Assembly: GCA_963770895.1 (NCBI GenBank) | Contig: CAVYRF010000002.1 | Span: 3,104,001 to 3,168,000, forward strand | DNA length: 64,000 bases | Source of the DNA: an uncultured Acidobacteriota bacterium | Lineage (GTDB): Bacteria > Acidobacteriota > Thermoanaerobaculia > Multivoradales > UBA5704 | Direction of reading: 5' to 3' | Shown: piece by piece, positions 1 to 9,805 of the stretch | Layout: each line of letters begins with the position of its first letter | How positions within the stretch are numbered: position 1 is the first letter of the stretch | Position numbers and translations under genes: made by a program | Notes under the pieces: model-generated | Told to the model about the DNA's origin: nothing | Seen by the model: only the letters and a program-made list of their open reading frames with translations | The model's database searches: none

Positions 1-123
1 TTTTGCCGCCGATGCGGCGGCGAGGGTGACGTAGATCGCCGCCAGGACGCCCGCGGACGCGCCGCGCGCAGCTCTGGCCAGCCACTGCCCATGGCCGTTG
101 TGGCCCCGTCCAAGTTTCGGCAT
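1..123 (-). CDS. 5' end of a gene running off the window; probable exported protein
   Basis: ATG at 123 opens an uninterrupted frame MPKLGRGHNGHGQWLARAARGASAGVLAAIYVTLAAASAAK (basic N-region then hydrophobic stretch); AGGA upstream. Confidence 0.45.
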   Translation of the reverse strand, partial: MPKLGRGHNGHGQWLARAARGASAGVLAAIYVTLAAASAAK

Positions 124-350
124 AGGGCGGAAATCCTATGTTTGCTGTCGCCCTGGAGTCAATCGCGCCGCCGCAACGCTTGCGATCTCTTTGCGCCGCC
201 GCGCCGGATCTTTGTGCATGCCGGACGCCGCCATGGGCCGCCATGGGAGGGGAGAGAGGGGGTGGAAAGGGCCGAACCTGGCGGCACTGCGGGGGCCGCG
301 GCGGCGGGGCCGGCGCCGCGGGCGGCGGGCCGGCGATCGGCGGCCGCGGG

Positions 351-773
351 TCAGGGGGCGACGAAGGTGCCGGTCAGGGTGTTGGAGGTATTGCCCTGCT
401 GGTCGCTGACCTGGAAGGTGTAGGTGACCTTGGTGCCGGAGGCGGGCAGGAGCAGCGACTGCTGCACCCCGCTGGAGCCGGAGGTTTCGCCTTTGAGGCC
501 CTGCAGGCCGTTCTTGACCACGCCGTTGGGGAGGGTGAGGACGTACCCGTCCAGGTCGGCGCTCTGGTCGGTGAAGCTGAAGGTGATCGGCAGCAGTCCC
601 GGCCGCTGGCCGTCGATCAGCGGGCCGCCCAGGGCGGTGGCCTTGGCTGGGTTGGTGAGGTTGGAGATGGTGGGCGCGCTCTTGGTTTCGGTGGGGCTGC
701 TGCTGCCGTGGCAGCCCAGGAACAGTCCCCCGGCCAGCCAGAGGATTCCTACCGGCGTGATCTTTAATTGCAT
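351..773 (-). CDS. small lipoprotein, unknown function
   Basis: MQLKITPVGILWLAGGLFLGC: signal peptide with lipobox-like FLGC; Ser/Thr-rich beta-type mature part; AGGAG upstream of ATG 773. Confidence 0.75.
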   Translation of the reverse strand: MQLKITPVGILWLAGGLFLGCHGSSSPTETKSAPTISNLTNPAKATALGGPLIDGQRPGLLPITFSFTDQSADLDGYVLTLPNGVVKNGLQGLKGETSGSSGVQQSLLLPASGTKVTYTFQVSDQQGNTSNTLTGTFVAP

Positions 774-868
774 GGTCCCGGCTCCTTTCGTACCTGCGCT
801 ATCCTGGATCTGTCGATCGCTGCGCTGGTGTATCGGAGGCGATGATGGCGGGGACGGTGGCGCTCTCG

Positions 869-887
869 CCTGACCGCAACCTGACCG
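869..887. promoter_or_regulatory. direct repeat CCTGACCG x2, 11-bp period; candidate winged-helix regulator site
   Basis: CCTGACCG at 869-876 and 880-887, between the divergent lipoprotein and the wHTH regulator. Confidence 0.45.
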
Positions 888-899
888 GGAGGTTATTTT

Positions 900-2822
900 T
901 TGCTCAACGAGGCGGAACCGGCGCCGGCGCCCGGCTCTCCTCCGGTCTCGCGGGGGGTGCGGTACCGCTTCCAGGACGTGGAGGTGGACACCTCCCGCCA
1001 GCTGCTCCGCGTGGCCGGCCGCGAAGTGACCTGCCAGCCGCGGGTCTTTCAGCTGCTGCAGCTCCTCTGTGAAGCGGACGGCGCGGTGGTCGGCCGCGAA
1101 CAGATCTTCGCCCGGCTCTGGCCGGGCCAGGCGATCCCGTCCGACGAATCGCTGACCCAGGTGGTCCACCGCCTGCGCGCCACCCTGGGCGCCGCGAGCG
1201 GCATGGTGCGGACCGTGCGCGGGGTGGGCTTCCGCCTCGACAGCCCCGTCGAGCGCGAACCCTCTACGGCTGCCGCGGCGCCGGAGCGCGCGGTGGCGGA
1301 GCCCTCGTCGCCCCTGCCCGTGGCGACCGGGGCCACGGCGGCTGGGGCCACGGCGGCCCGGTCTGCCGCCAGCGGGACCACGGCGCCGGAGTCCGCGGCG
1401 GCCAGCGCCACCTTGCGGCGCCGGCGCGGCATGTGGTCACGGCCGGCGCCGCTGGGCTGGGCCGCCCTGGCTGTTCTGGCCGTGCTGGCCGCGGCCGGCG
1501 CGGGGTGGCTGGCGCTGGCCAGGCCGTGGCAGGTGATCGACTCCGGCTATGGGCTGGTGCGCGGCGATCTGAGCCCGGCGCGCCGCCAGACGATCGACCT
1601 GGTGGAGCGGGCGCTGGTCGCCGAGCGCCGCGGCGATCGGGCGCAGGCCCGGCACCTGCTGGAGATCGCCCATGCCACCGACGCCACGACCCCGGTGCCG
1701 GCGGCGTTCCGCTGTCTGTTCGGCTATTGGCAGGAAAGCACCGGCGACGCGGAGGGCTGGGCGCGGGCCGCGGCCGGCCGCCTGCGGCCCAGCTCCTCGC
1801 CCTACCTGCACCTGCTGGTCCGCTATGCCGCCGCGACCGCGTCCGGGCGCGGCGCCGACTGGCTGGCGGCGGCCTCGGCGATGCTCGCGGTGCGGCCGTC
1901 GGCCTGGTACCTGCGGCTGGCGCGCGCTCACTACCACCTGGGGCAGCGCGAGCCGGCGGCGGCGCTGGCCGACCTGCGCCAGATCCCGATCGCCGGCCTC
2001 GACAGCATCAGCCTGGCGCTGGTGCTGGCGGACCGTGCTTCCTTGGGGGATGCCGCGGCGGCGGAGCGCGACCTTGCCGCCGGCGGGCTGCGCGGGCAGG
2101 AGGCGCTGACCTGGTACGTGCGCGGGCGCATGGCGCTCTCCGAGCGGCAGCCGGCGGCGGCGGTGGCGGCCTTCGATCGCGAGCTCGACCTGGCGCAGCG
2201 CCGCAACCAGCCGGACCTGATCGCCGACGCCCGCCTGTTGGGCGGCGTCGCCGCCTGCGCCAGCGGCGATCTGGCCGGCGCCGCCTCGCGCTTCGACCTG
2301 GCGGCGGCGGTGGCCGGCGATCGTCACCTGCCGGACGACGTGGCTTCGGCGCTGGGGTTGGGGGCGTACCTGGCCTGGCGGCGCGGCGACCTGGCCGGCC
2401 GCGATCGCCGCCTGGCCGAGGCGGCCAGGGTGCATGCCGAACCGGACCAGGCTTTTGCGGTGGCGCTGACGCTGCTGGCGCTGTGGACGGGTGCGCCGCC
2501 GCCGCAGGAGTCACGCTCTCTTGCCGCACAGCTGCCCGACGTGCCCGAGCTGACCGGCACCGGGGCGCTGCTGCTGGCACGCCAGGCCTGGGCGGCCGGC
2601 AACCTGGAGGAGGCGCGCCGCCAGCTGCGCCAGGCGCGGGCGGAGGGTGTCGGCAAGACCTATTTTTGGGAGGAGGCGCAGCTGCTGGGAGCGGATCTGG
2701 GTGAGCGGCCGGCCGCGATGCAGGTGGATCCGCCCTACCCCAACCTGCTGCGCTTTGCCGCCGCGACCGAGCTGTCCCGCCGCCAGCTTGCGCTGCCGGC
2801 GGCGGGACGATCGGCTGTGTAG
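900..2822 (+). CDS. CadC/ToxR-like membrane-anchored regulator: OmpR-type wHTH, TM helix, TPR-like C-terminus
   Basis: YRFQDVEVD...REQIFARLWP...SDESLTQVVHRLRATL...VRTVRGVGFRL; hydrophobic WAALAVLAVLAAAGAGWLAL; Ala/Leu helical repeats; GGAGG before TTG 900. Confidence 0.85.
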   Translation: MLNEAEPAPAPGSPPVSRGVRYRFQDVEVDTSRQLLRVAGREVTCQPRVFQLLQLLCEADGAVVGREQIFARLWPGQAIPSDESLTQVVHRLRATLGAASGMVRTVRGVGFRLDSPVEREPSTAAAAPERAVAEPSSPLPVATGATAAGATAARSAASGTTAPESAAASATLRRRRGMWSRPAPLGWAALAVLAVLAAAGAGWLALARPWQVIDSGYGLVRGDLSPARRQTIDLVERALVAERRGDRAQARHLLEIAHATDATTPVPAAFRCLFGYWQESTGDAEGWARAAAGRLRPSSSPYLHLLVRYAAATASGRGADWLAAASAMLAVRPSAWYLRLARAHYHLGQREPAAALADLRQIPIAGLDSISLALVLADRASLGDAAAAERDLAAGGLRGQEALTWYVRGRMALSERQPAAAVAAFDRELDLAQRRNQPDLIADARLLGGVAACASGDLAGAASRFDLAAAVAGDRHLPDDVASALGLGAYLAWRRGDLAGRDRRLAEAARVHAEPDQAFAVALTLLALWTGAPPPQESRSLAAQLPDVPELTGTGALLLARQAWAAGNLEEARRQLRQARAEGVGKTYFWEEAQLLGADLGERPAAMQVDPPYPNLLRFAAATELSRRQLALPAAGRSAV

Positions 2823-2832
2823 TGCGCCCTTA

Positions 2833-4137
2833 CTAGACTCCGGGAATGCCGGGGATGAAGTGCGACACGGTGCAGGCGCTGTCCAGACGGATGGCTTCGA
2901 CGCCCACCGCGTACTGGCCGTTCTGGGCGAACGTCGCCACCACCCAGGCCTGGGCGGCGGCCGGGTCGACCGGCGGATTGGGGCCCGCCGTTGCGACCGT
3001 GGTGTTGAGGTCGAAGTAGATCCAGCCGAACGAGAAGGGCGCCGGCAGGGTGGGACCGCCCAGCAGCGTCCGCTGGGTTTCGGCGGGGAAGGGGATGATG
3101 GTCGAAGTGGGCGGCGGCGGCGAGATCGGCAGCGAGCTGGTCTCGAAGGGGTGCTCCTGCTCGTCGAAGAACACCAGTCCTTCCTGGCCGAGCGGATACC
3201 AGGCCGGCCTCACTCCGGGGGTCACCGGGCAGGTGAAGGCGCCCTGCGCAACCTTCGAGTCGCGCCACACCAGGTAGGAGGTGCCGGCGCCGAAGCCGCC
3301 GCCCTCCAGGTAGCGGGCGGCGAATTCCGTGGCCAGCGGCTCGCGGTTGTCCACCGCCGTCCAGGCGTCATAGCGGCCGTAGAAGGTATAGCGGCCGGCG
3401 GTCGAGGTGGCCGGGTTGGTGGCGCTGGCTTCGACGTGCACCAGGTCGCCGCCCTCGGCGAAGTTCTGCCCCGAATTGACGATGAACCAGTCGCCCCAGA
3501 GGACGTTCTGGTTGGTGGCGTCGCCGGTGCCGCCGGTGGCGAAGTAGCCGACGTCGCCGGGGAAGCGCAGGGTGCAGTTGTTCACCGTGTCCACCGTGAT
3601 GTAGCCGCGGGCGATGTTGTCACCCAGCGCCTGGGCGGAGCAGTTGCCGCTCAGGATCGCCGACGGCAGGCCGGTCAGCGACTCCTGGAGGTGGGTGGTG
3701 TAGGCCGCCGGCAGCTGGGGCGGCGGCAGCACGCCGGTGCAGCTGGCGAAGTTGATGTCCTGCGAGAAGCTCCCCTTGGGGCTGATGGTGTCGTCCGGAT
3801 CCTGCCCCGCCGAGGCGGTCTGCGGCAGGTTGCCGTTGATGATGATGTCGCGCAGGTTGATCGACTGCACGTCGTAACCGGTGAGGTAGACGTTGAAGTC
3901 GAGCACCGGCACCGACAGGTCGGTCCAGATCACGACGTGCGCCAGGATGGCGGTCGCCGACGCATTGTTGATGGAGAACAGGGTGGTGAGCCCGTTCGGG
4001 TTGGACAGGTCGACTTCGAAATAAGGCAGCAACAACGTTGCAGCCGGCACCGCGTCGATGGTGCAAATAACCGCCGACGCGGGTCCAGCGAGTACCAGCA
4101 TACTTGCCAGTACGACACCAAGAGCGACACGGGCCAT
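2833..4137 (-). CDS. secreted hypothetical protein (AATLLLPYFEVDL N-terminal motif)
   Basis: Signal peptide MARVALGVVLASMLVLAGPASA; GGAGG before ATG 4137; host-like codon usage; several Cys. Confidence 0.8.
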   Translation of the reverse strand: MARVALGVVLASMLVLAGPASAVICTIDAVPAATLLLPYFEVDLSNPNGLTTLFSINNASATAILAHVVIWTDLSVPVLDFNVYLTGYDVQSINLRDIIINGNLPQTASAGQDPDDTISPKGSFSQDINFASCTGVLPPPQLPAAYTTHLQESLTGLPSAILSGNCSAQALGDNIARGYITVDTVNNCTLRFPGDVGYFATGGTGDATNQNVLWGDWFIVNSGQNFAEGGDLVHVEASATNPATSTAGRYTFYGRYDAWTAVDNREPLATEFAARYLEGGGFGAGTSYLVWRDSKVAQGAFTCPVTPGVRPAWYPLGQEGLVFFDEQEHPFETSSLPISPPPPTSTIIPFPAETQRTLLGGPTLPAPFSFGWIYFDLNTTVATAGPNPPVDPAAAQAWVVATFAQNGQYAVGVEAIRLDSACTVSHFIPGIPGV

Positions 4138-4250
4138 CTCTTGTACCTCCCTGTTTTGACTGCGGGAAAAGATAGGTGAGCCGCGACGCAGCATATGCGC
4201 AGCGGCCGCCCGGAGCAAGGGGGACGGCACCCTGCGTTATGATCGCGCTC

Positions 4251-5603
4251 ATGCAGGCTGCCATTGTCGCCGTCGGCTCCGAGCTGCTCGGCAGCGACCG
4301 GGTGGACACCAACTCGCTGCGCCTGACGGAGATGCTGGCGCGCCACGGCGTCGAGCTGCGGCGCAAGGCGGTCATCGGCGACGTCGAAGCCGACATCGCC
4401 GACGAGCTGCGCGACATCCTGCCGCGGCTGGACCTGGTGCTGATCAGCGGCGGGCTCGGGCCGACCGCCGACGACGTGACGCGCGAAGCGGTGGCGGCGG
4501 CGGTGGGACAGCCGCTGGAGCTCGACTCCCAGGCCCTGGCCGGCATCGAGCGCCGCTTCCAGCGGCTGGGCTGGCCCATGCCGCAGGTGAATCGCAAGCA
4601 GGCGCTGGTGGTCGCCGGCGCGGAGGTGCTGGCCAATCGCTTCGGCAGCGCGCCCGGAATGCGCCTGGCGGCGGGCCGCGCGACGCTGTTTCTCTTTCCC
4701 GGCGTGCCGGCGGAGCTGGCGGGGATGAGCGCCGAGCACCTGGAGCCGTGGCTGGCGGCGCGGTCCGGCGGCGCCAGCCGCGAAACCGCGGTGCTCAAGA
4801 TCGCCGGCCTTCCCGAATCGATGGTGGAAGAGCTGATCGCCCCCGCCTACGCGGAGTTCGGCCGCGAATCGATCACCATCCTGGCCAAGCCCGGCGACGT
4901 GCGCCTGCTCGCCACCGCCGCGGGGCCGCCCGCCGAACGCGCCCAACGGCTGGCGGCGATGACGGCGCGCCTGGCGGCGCTGGCCGGCGACGCGGTCTAC
5001 GCCCGGCGCGAAGAGGACACCCTGGAAGGCGTCGTCGGCGAGCTGCTGCGAGCGGCGGGCGCCAGCCTGGCGGTGGCCGAATCCTGCACCGGCGGCCTGC
5101 TCGGCGAGCGTCTGACCCGCGTCGCCGGCAGCAGCGACTACTTTGTCGGCGGCGCCGTCACCTACAGCGACCGGCTGAAAACCGCCATGCTGGCGGTGCC
5201 GGCGGAGCTGATCGCGGGGCAAGGCGCGGTCTCCGAAGCCGTGGCGCGGGCGATGGCGCAGGGGGTGTGCAGCGCCCTCGGCGCCGACTACGGCGCCGCC
5301 ATCACCGGCATCGCCGGTCCCGGCGGCGGCAGCCCGGACAAGCCGGTCGGCACCGTGCACGTGGCGGTGGCGGGTCCGCCGCCGGCGCCCGGCCAGCCGG
5401 CGGTCGACCATCGCCGCCTGCGGCTGCCGGGGGACCGCGAGCGCGTGCGCTGGCAGGCCACCCAGATCACGCTCGACATGCTGCGGCGGCGCCTGGTGGC
5501 GGCGGCGGCGCGTACCGCCGTGACCGCAGCCCCCATCCCGTTCGCCTCGCCCGCCGCTCCTCAGCCGGCGGATCCGGCGGCGGCGGCCGGCCGGCGGTCA
5601 TGA
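4251..5603 (+). CDS. cinA: CinA family protein (MoCF-like domain plus PncC NMN deamidase)
   Basis: AVGSELL...DTN, GGLGPTADDVT, FPGVP; C-terminal AESCTGG, GAVS, ITGIAGPGGG..KPVGTV. Confidence 0.95.
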   Translation: MQAAIVAVGSELLGSDRVDTNSLRLTEMLARHGVELRRKAVIGDVEADIADELRDILPRLDLVLISGGLGPTADDVTREAVAAAVGQPLELDSQALAGIERRFQRLGWPMPQVNRKQALVVAGAEVLANRFGSAPGMRLAAGRATLFLFPGVPAELAGMSAEHLEPWLAARSGGASRETAVLKIAGLPESMVEELIAPAYAEFGRESITILAKPGDVRLLATAAGPPAERAQRLAAMTARLAALAGDAVYARREEDTLEGVVGELLRAAGASLAVAESCTGGLLGERLTRVAGSSDYFVGGAVTYSDRLKTAMLAVPAELIAGQGAVSEAVARAMAQGVCSALGADYGAAITGIAGPGGGSPDKPVGTVHVAVAGPPPAPGQPAVDHRRLRLPGDRERVRWQATQITLDMLRRRLVAAAARTAVTAAPIPFASPAAPQPADPAAAAGRRS

Positions 5604-6220
5604 GGCTGTTCGTTGCCCTGGAGGTCCCCGAGCCGGTGCGGCGCGAGGTGCGGCGGCGCGTCGCCGGGTTGCGCGAGCGGCTGCCGCGGGCGCGGTGGGT
5701 GGACCCCGAAGTGCTGCACCTGACGCTGGCGTTTCTCGGTGAAACCGCGCCGGAACGGGCGGCCGGGCTGGCCGGCGGGCTCGCCGCCGCGTTTGCCGCC
5801 TGGCCGCCGATGACGCTGCGCCTGGCCGAAGCCGGCACGTTTCCCGCCGGCCGGCCGGCGCGGGTCGCCTGGGTGGGGGTCGAGGCGCCGCCCCAGCTGG
5901 CGCCGCTGCAGGCGGCGGTGGCGGCGGCGGTGCGCGAAGCGACCGGGCAGGTGCCGGACGACGGCCGCCCCTACCGGCCGCACGTCACCCTGGCGCGCTG
6001 CCCCGCGCCCTGGCCGCTGGGGGCGGCCGACAAGTTCGTGGCGGCGTTCCCAGCCGAGATCGGGCCGCCCTTCCAGGTCGCCCACGGCGTGCTGGTCGAA
6101 AGCCGGCTGTCGCCCAGGGGGCCGAGCTACCGCACCCTGGCGGAGCTACCGCTGGCCGCGGGTGAAGGCCGCGCGGATGCCGCGGCTGCCGGAGCTGCCG
6201 GAGATGGTAGCGGCCGATGA
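5600..6220 (+). CDS. thpR: RNA 2',3'-cyclic phosphodiesterase (2H family)
   Basis: MRLFVAL; two HxT motifs (LHLTLAFLG, PHVTLAR); ATGA overlap with cinA. Confidence 0.92.
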   Translation: MRLFVALEVPEPVRREVRRRVAGLRERLPRARWVDPEVLHLTLAFLGETAPERAAGLAGGLAAAFAAWPPMTLRLAEAGTFPAGRPARVAWVGVEAPPQLAPLQAAVAAAVREATGQVPDDGRPYRPHVTLARCPAPWPLGAADKFVAAFPAEIGPPFQVAHGVLVESRLSPRGPSYRTLAELPLAAGEGRADAAAAGAAGDGSGR

Positions 6221-6987
6221 GCGTCGGTGACATCGGAGCAGGCGGCGGCGTGGTCGGCGGCGGCCAGGTGCTGACCGCGCTGGCGGTGGTGGCGGGTGCC
6301 TATCTGCTGGGCTCGATCCCGTTCAGCTATCTGATCGTCAAGATCGTCAAGGGCCGCGACGTGCGCACCGTCGGCAGCGGCAACGCCGGCGCCACCAACG
6401 TCATGCGCGCCGCCGGCAAGGGGGCGGGCGCCGCCGCCCTGCTGCTGGACTGCGGCAAGGGGATCGCCGCCGTGGTCGTGGCGCGCGCGCTGGGGGCGTC
6501 GCCGGCGGCGGTGGGGGGGGCGGCGGTGGCGGTCGTCGTCGGGCACGTCTTCCCGTGTTTCCTGGGTTTTCGCGGCGGCAAGGGGGTGGCCACCGCCGCC
6601 GGCGTGCTGGGCGCCCTGGCGCCGGCGGTGCTGGCGATCGACCTGGTGCTGTTCGTGGCGGTGGTGGCCTGGCGGCGCTACATCTCGCTGGGGTCGATCG
6701 TCGCGGCGGCGGCGTTTCCGCTGCTGCTGGCCGCCGGCCAGGCGCTGCACTGGCCGGCGCTCGCCGGGGTTTCCGGGGCCGCCGGCAGCGGCGGCGGCTG
6801 GACGGTGGCGGCGGCTGCCGCCATCGCGGTGCTGATCGCGGTGCGCCACCGGGCGAACCTGGAACGGTTGCGCCGCGGCGTCGAGCCGCGGCTGGGGGCG
6901 CGGCCGGCGGCAGGGCCGCCGCTGCCGGAGCAAGCCGCGCCCACCGCGCCCGCCGCGCCATCGACAGCGGCGGACGGCCGGCGATGA
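6217..6987 (+). CDS. plsY: glycerol-3-phosphate acyltransferase PlsY
   Basis: YLLGSIP, GSGNAGATN, D.GKG, GH.FP.FLGFRGGKGVAT, H.ANL.RL. Confidence 0.95.
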   Translation: MSVGDIGAGGGVVGGGQVLTALAVVAGAYLLGSIPFSYLIVKIVKGRDVRTVGSGNAGATNVMRAAGKGAGAAALLLDCGKGIAAVVVARALGASPAAVGGAAVAVVVGHVFPCFLGFRGGKGVATAAGVLGALAPAVLAIDLVLFVAVVAWRRYISLGSIVAAAAFPLLLAAGQALHWPALAGVSGAAGSGGGWTVAAAAAIAVLIAVRHRANLERLRRGVEPRLGARPAAGPPLPEQAAPTAPAAPSTAADGRR

Positions 6988-8006
6988 GGCGCGTCGGCAT
7001 CCTGGGCGCGGGCTCGTGGGGCACGGCGCTGGCCGTCCACCTGGCCGGCGCCGGCGGCCACGAGGTGTGCCTGTGGGCGCGCAGCGACCAGCTGGCGCGC
7101 CAGATGGCGGAGCGGCGCGCCAATCCCGACTACCTGCCGGGCGTCGAGATCCCGGCGCGCGTGGCGCTGACTTCGGCGATGGCCGACCTGGCCGGCAGCG
7201 ACGTGGTGCTGCTGGTGGTGCCTTCGCACGGCTTCCGGGAGGTGCTGCGGCAGTTCCTGGTCACCGCCTGGCCGCGCTCGTCGCGGCCGCTGGCGCTGGT
7301 GTCGGCGACCAAGGGGATCGAAACCGAAACGCTGGCGCGCATGAGCCAGGTGGCGGCCGAGGAGACGCAGAGGGTGGGCCAGCCGCTGCGCTTTGCCGCG
7401 CTCGCCGGCCCCAGCTTCGCCCCCGAGCTGGCGCGCGGCGTCCCCTCGGCGGTGGTGATCGCCTCTGAAGACGCCTCCCTGGCGACCGAGATCCGCGAGG
7501 CGCTGTCGACGCCGACGATGCGCCTCTATTCCGCCGCCGACGTGGCCGGGGTGGAGCTGGGGGGGGCCAGCAAGAACGTCATCGCCATCGCCGCCGGCGT
7601 GGTCAGCGGGCTGGGCCTGGGCCACAACACGCTCGCCGCCCTGATCACCCGCGGCCTGCACGAGATCACCCGGCTGGGGGTGGCTTGCGGCGGCGAGCCG
7701 CGCACCTTCGCCGGCCTTGCCGGCCTGGGCGACCTGGTGCTGACCTGCACCGGCGCCCTGTCGCGCAACCGCAACACCGGCATCGAGCTGGCCGCCGGCA
7801 AGACCCGCGCCGAGATCACCGGCGAGACGCAGATGGTCGCCGAGGGCATCCGCAACAGCCTGGCGATCGCCCGCCTGGCGGCCTCGCGCGGCGTCGAGAT
7901 GCCGATCACCGAACAGATGGTGGCGGTGATCTACGAAGGCAAGGACCCGCGCCGCGCCGTCGAGGAGTTGATGAACCGCGGCCTGAAGGCCGAAGCGCAA
8001 CTATGA
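6984..8006 (+). CDS. gpsA: NAD(P)H-dependent glycerol-3-phosphate dehydrogenase
   Basis: [43 protein letters not shown]. Confidence 0.96.
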   Translation: MRRVGILGAGSWGTALAVHLAGAGGHEVCLWARSDQLARQMAERRANPDYLPGVEIPARVALTSAMADLAGSDVVLLVVPSHGFREVLRQFLVTAWPRSSRPLALVSATKGIETETLARMSQVAAEETQRVGQPLRFAALAGPSFAPELARGVPSAVVIASEDASLATEIREALSTPTMRLYSAADVAGVELGGASKNVIAIAAGVVSGLGLGHNTLAALITRGLHEITRLGVACGGEPRTFAGLAGLGDLVLTCTGALSRNRNTGIELAAGKTRAEITGETQMVAEGIRNSLAIARLAASRGVEMPITEQMVAVIYEGKDPRRAVEELMNRGLKAEAQL

Positions 8007-8046
8007 GAGCCGCCCCGCCCGGGCAATCCGCCAGGAGGTCCCCGTC

Positions 8047-9741
8047 ATGATCGACGCCCCGCAATCCACCCCCGGCGCCGCTGGCGCCGGCACCACGGCG
8101 CCCGCGCATGCCGGCGCTGACCCGACCGCGCCGGCGCCCGCCGGCACTGACCCGACCGCGCCGGCGCACGCCGGCGCGAGGCAGGCCGCGCCCGCCGCCG
8201 GCGGTGCGCACCAGACCGTGCTGATCCTGGATTTTGGCAGCCAGTTCACTCAGCTGATCGCTCGCCGGGTGCGCGAAAGCCGTGTCTACAGCGAGGTCCA
8301 TCCGTTCAGTCTGTCCATTGCCGAGATCCGCCGCCGGCGCCCCATCGGCATCATCCTGTCTGGCGGTCCGCAGAGCGTCTACGAAGAGGGCGCGCCGCAC
8401 GCGGCGCCCGAGCTGTTCGATCTCGGCATCCCGGTGCTCGGCATCTGCTACGGCATGCAGGCGATGGCGCACGTGCTGGGCGGCGCCGTCGAATCGTCCA
8501 GCCGCCGCGAATACGGGCGCGCCGAAGTGGAGGTGGAAGCTCCCGGGCAGCTGTTTGCCGGCCTCGGCACGCGCGAGACGGTGTGGATGAGCCACGGCGA
8601 CCGCGTGCGCCAGGCGCCGCCGGGGTGTCTGGTCACCGCCCGCAGCGAGAACGCCGGCATCGTCGGCTTCGAGGACAGCGCGCGCGGCTGGTACGCCATC
8701 CAGTTCCACCCCGAGGTGTCGCACACCGTGGCGGGCAGCGACATCCTGCGCAACTTCCTGTATGGCGCCTGCGGCGCGGCCGGCGACTGGCGGATGGCGG
8801 CGTTCGTCGACGAGGCGGTGGCGGCGGTGCGGCGCCAGGTGGGCGAGGCGCGGGTGGTGTGCGCGCTGTCGGGCGGCGTCGATTCGTCGGTCGTCGCGGC
8901 GCTGCTGCACCGGGCGATCGGCGACCGCATGGCGGCGATCTTCGTCGACACCGGGGTGCTGCGCAAGGACGAGCGCGAGCAGGTGATGCGCAGCCTGCAC
9001 GACGGGCTCGCCGTGCCGGTGCAGGCGGTGGACGCAGGGGCGCGCTTTCTGCAGGCCCTGGCCGGCATCGAGGACCCCGAGGCGAAGCGGCGCACCATCG
9101 GCCGCGTGTTCATCGACGTCTTCCGGCAGGAAGCGCGGGCCATCCCCGACGCACGCTTCCTGGCGCAGGGGACGCTCTATCCGGACGTCATCGAATCGGT
9201 GTCGATCAAGGGGCCGTCGGCGGTGATCAAGTCGCACCACAACGTCGGCGGCCTGCCCGCCGAGCTGGGCTTCGAGCTGGTCGAGCCGCTGCGCGCGCTG
9301 TTCAAGGACGAGGTGCGCCAGCTGGGCCGCGAGCTGGGGCTGCCGGACGCCCTGATCGCGCGCCACCCCTTCCCCGGTCCCGGTCTGGCGGTGCGCATCC
9401 TGGGCGAGGTGACGGCGGAGCGCGTGGCCCTGCTGCAGGAGGCCGACGCCATCTTCCTGCACGAGCTGCGCGAAAGCGGCTGGTACGGCAAGGTGAGCCA
9501 GGCTTTCGCGGTGCTGCTGCCGGTCAAGACCGTCGGCGTGATGGGCGACTTCCGCACCTATGAGTCGGTGGTGGCGCTGCGCTCGGTGGACACCCAGGAC
9601 TTCATGACCGCCGATTGGAGCCATCTCCCCCACGACCTGCTGGGGCGGGTGGCCAACCGCATCGTCAACGAAGTGCGCGGCGTCAACCGCGTGGTCTACG
9701 ACGTCACCAGCAAGCCGCCGGCGACGATCGAGTGGGAGTAG
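8047..9741 (+). CDS. guaA: GMP synthase (glutamine-hydrolysing)
   Basis: [38 protein letters not shown]-terminal KPPATIEWE. Confidence 0.98.
   Translation: MIDAPQSTPGAAGAGTTAPAHAGADPTAPAPAGTDPTAPAHAGARQAAPAAGGAHQTVLILDFGSQFTQLIARRVRESRVYSEVHPFSLSIAEIRRRRPIGIILSGGPQSVYEEGAPHAAPELFDLGIPVLGICYGMQAMAHVLGGAVESSSRREYGRAEVEVEAPGQLFAGLGTRETVWMSHGDRVRQAPPGCLVTARSENAGIVGFEDSARGWYAIQFHPEVSHTVAGSDILRNFLYGACGAAGDWRMAAFVDEAVAAVRRQVGEARVVCALSGGVDSSVVAALLHRAIGDRMAAIFVDTGVLRKDEREQVMRSLHDGLAVPVQAVDAGARFLQALAGIEDPEAKRRTIGRVFIDVFRQEARAIPDARFLAQGTLYPDVIESVSIKGPSAVIKSHHNVGGLPAELGFELVEPLRALFKDEVRQLGRELGLPDALIARHPFPGPGLAVRILGEVTAERVALLQEADAIFLHELRESGWYGKVSQAFAVLLPVKTVGVMGDFRTYESVVALRSVDTQDFMTADWSHLPHDLLGRVANRIVNEVRGVNRVVYDVTSKPPATIEWE
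8110..8177 (+). repeat. 30-bp tandem repeat in the guaA N-terminal extension
   Basis: gccggcgctgacccgaccgcgccggcgccc / gccggcactgacccgaccgcgccggcgcac / partial third; encodes [20 protein letters not shown]. Confidence 0.8.
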
Positions 9742-9805
9742 GCCGGGCCTTCGCCGGGTTCGGGCGGCGTGCGGCGCCGGCCGGGCTCCAGACGTAGCCT
9801 CTCTG

